Below, piece after piece: positions 63,166-64,000 of a DNA stretch of 64,000 bases (position 1 is its first letter; each line of letters begins with the position of its first letter). Source of the stretch: a virus (Duplodnaviria; Caudoviricetes). The notes under the pieces were generated by a model. That model was given only the letters and a program-made list of their open reading frames with translations, searched no databases and had not been told where the DNA came from. Both the position numbers and the translations under genes were made by a program. The DNA is taken from positions 96,001-160,000 of IMG/VR virus record IMGVR_UViG_3300046522_000316, one strand, 5' to 3'.

Positions 63166-63201
63166 AAAAAGCCCCGCAGGCACAAGGCTTTACGGGGCTT
63201 T
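63166..63201 (-). terminator. Rho-independent terminator
   Basis: GCCCCG / CGGGGC stem with T5 on minus strand. Confidence 0.7.
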
Positions 63202-63203
63202 GA

Positions 63204-63506
63204 TTACTCGACGATCAGCGCAGTTTTTTCAGCGAGCCTGATATAACACTCGACGCCGCGACTGCTGCCCGTCGAATGAATATACATGTGCAACGCATTC
63301 ATATGTTTCGGGAGGCCGTGTTCATTCCCCAAGAAAATATAATTGCTGAAATCTTCGTGAGGAATCCACTCGCTGACCAGACGTTTTAGTTCCGCTTCCA
63401 TTTCTGGCGTGCTGCGAAACGTCAATTTCGACCGGCCCCACAAATGCTTAAACGACGGGCCGAGTTTTCCACCTTCGAGAATTTGATGCATGGGCAACAA
63501 TTCCAT
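63204..63506 (-). CDS. Hypothetical protein
   Basis: AGGAGG RBS. Confidence 0.7.
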   Translation of the reverse strand: MELLPMHQILEGGKLGPSFKHLWGRSKLTFRSTPEMEAELKRLVSEWIPHEDFSNYIFLGNEHGLPKHMNALHMYIHSTGSSRGVECYIRLAEKTALIVE

Positions 63507-63514
63507 GACGCCTC

Positions 63515-63820
63515 CTAGATCGGGTAATTACCGCAGCAACTGACAATCAGGGTCTGGCCGTTTTTATCGCCGCTGGTGATAATCACGTCGTTGTTACGCA
63601 GGCCGTGAGAACCAGTCGCCAAGTTACGGAAATCGTCTTCACCGAATGCTTTGCAGTTGTCGAACTGCTTTGTGAATTCTGCGCGTGCGTCGAGACGTGT
63701 GCTAACCAACATCTGCACATCTGGAATACGCGCAATATAACCGCGAAACAGTTCCTCGATTTCGTCGAAGCTCATGGCGCCCATCTGGAAAAAGCATTGA
63801 TACGTGTCGATCTTTTTCAC
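63515..63820 (-). CDS. Hypothetical protein
   Basis: Coupled to upstream stop. Confidence 0.65.
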   Translation of the reverse strand: MKKIDTYQCFFQMGAMSFDEIEELFRGYIARIPDVQMLVSTRLDARAEFTKQFDNCKAFGEDDFRNLATGSHGLRNNDVIITSGDKNGQTLIVSCCGNYPI

Positions 63821-63999
63821 ATCAAATACTCGTTGACCGTGTAGCGTTCATGTTCCGCAACGTTTTTCCATTCCAGCCGGTTGACCATGATGTGGTGGAA
63901 GAACGACGGGTGTACTTTCGCATCACATTCGAACGTATCTTGAATGTGCGTCACGCGGACTTTATCCGCCCGTGGCAATGCGTCCTGAATCAGGCGCAC
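63817..63999 (-). CDS. Hypothetical protein, may be truncated by window edge
   Basis: Open to the window end. Confidence 0.55.
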   Translation of the reverse strand: MRLIQDALPRADKVRVTHIQDTFECDAKVHPSFFHHIMVNRLEWKNVAEHERYTVNEYLM

Positions 64000-64000
64000 A

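Noticed and set aside
1-64000. tRNA, rRNA, IS/transposase or integrase genes
   Set aside because: No cloverleaf, rRNA-like or transposase signatures seen by eye; tRNAscan-SE would be needed to exclude tRNAs fully

Overview
64 kb of a large tailed-phage (jumbo myovirus-like) genome, about 50% GC, densely coded on the + strand up to ~62.8 kb, where a bidirectional terminator meets a small minus-strand unit. It holds replication/recombination genes (two-subunit type IIA topoisomerase, 5'-3' exonuclease, probable SSB, RecA/UvsX, DnaB-like helicase, dTMP kinase, topoisomerase IB), two probable phage sigma factors, and packaging/structural genes (intein-containing large terminase, portal, gp5/VgrG-like spike, S74-chaperone fibre). 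Gene content recalls RSL1/Lu11/PaBG-type phages, but that is unverified inference. Main unexplained signals: (1) about 14 genes at 47.6-61.1 kb whose unrelated products share an N-terminal MEMxIALAA-like tag, possibly a capsid-cargo targeting system; (2) a 12-mer AAACTGTAAATA repeated on the coding strand only, a candidate promoter for a region-4-less sigma; (3) a promoter-to-terminator structured RNA candidate just after the portal gene; (4) extreme charged disordered proteins (95-Glu run, histone-H1-like proteins, shared acidic-PKKKK motifs); (5) candidate anti-defence sponges and a prepilin-like peptide. All protein family calls come from motifs recognised by eye, with no database search. 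No tRNA, rRNA, CRISPR array or IS element was found.
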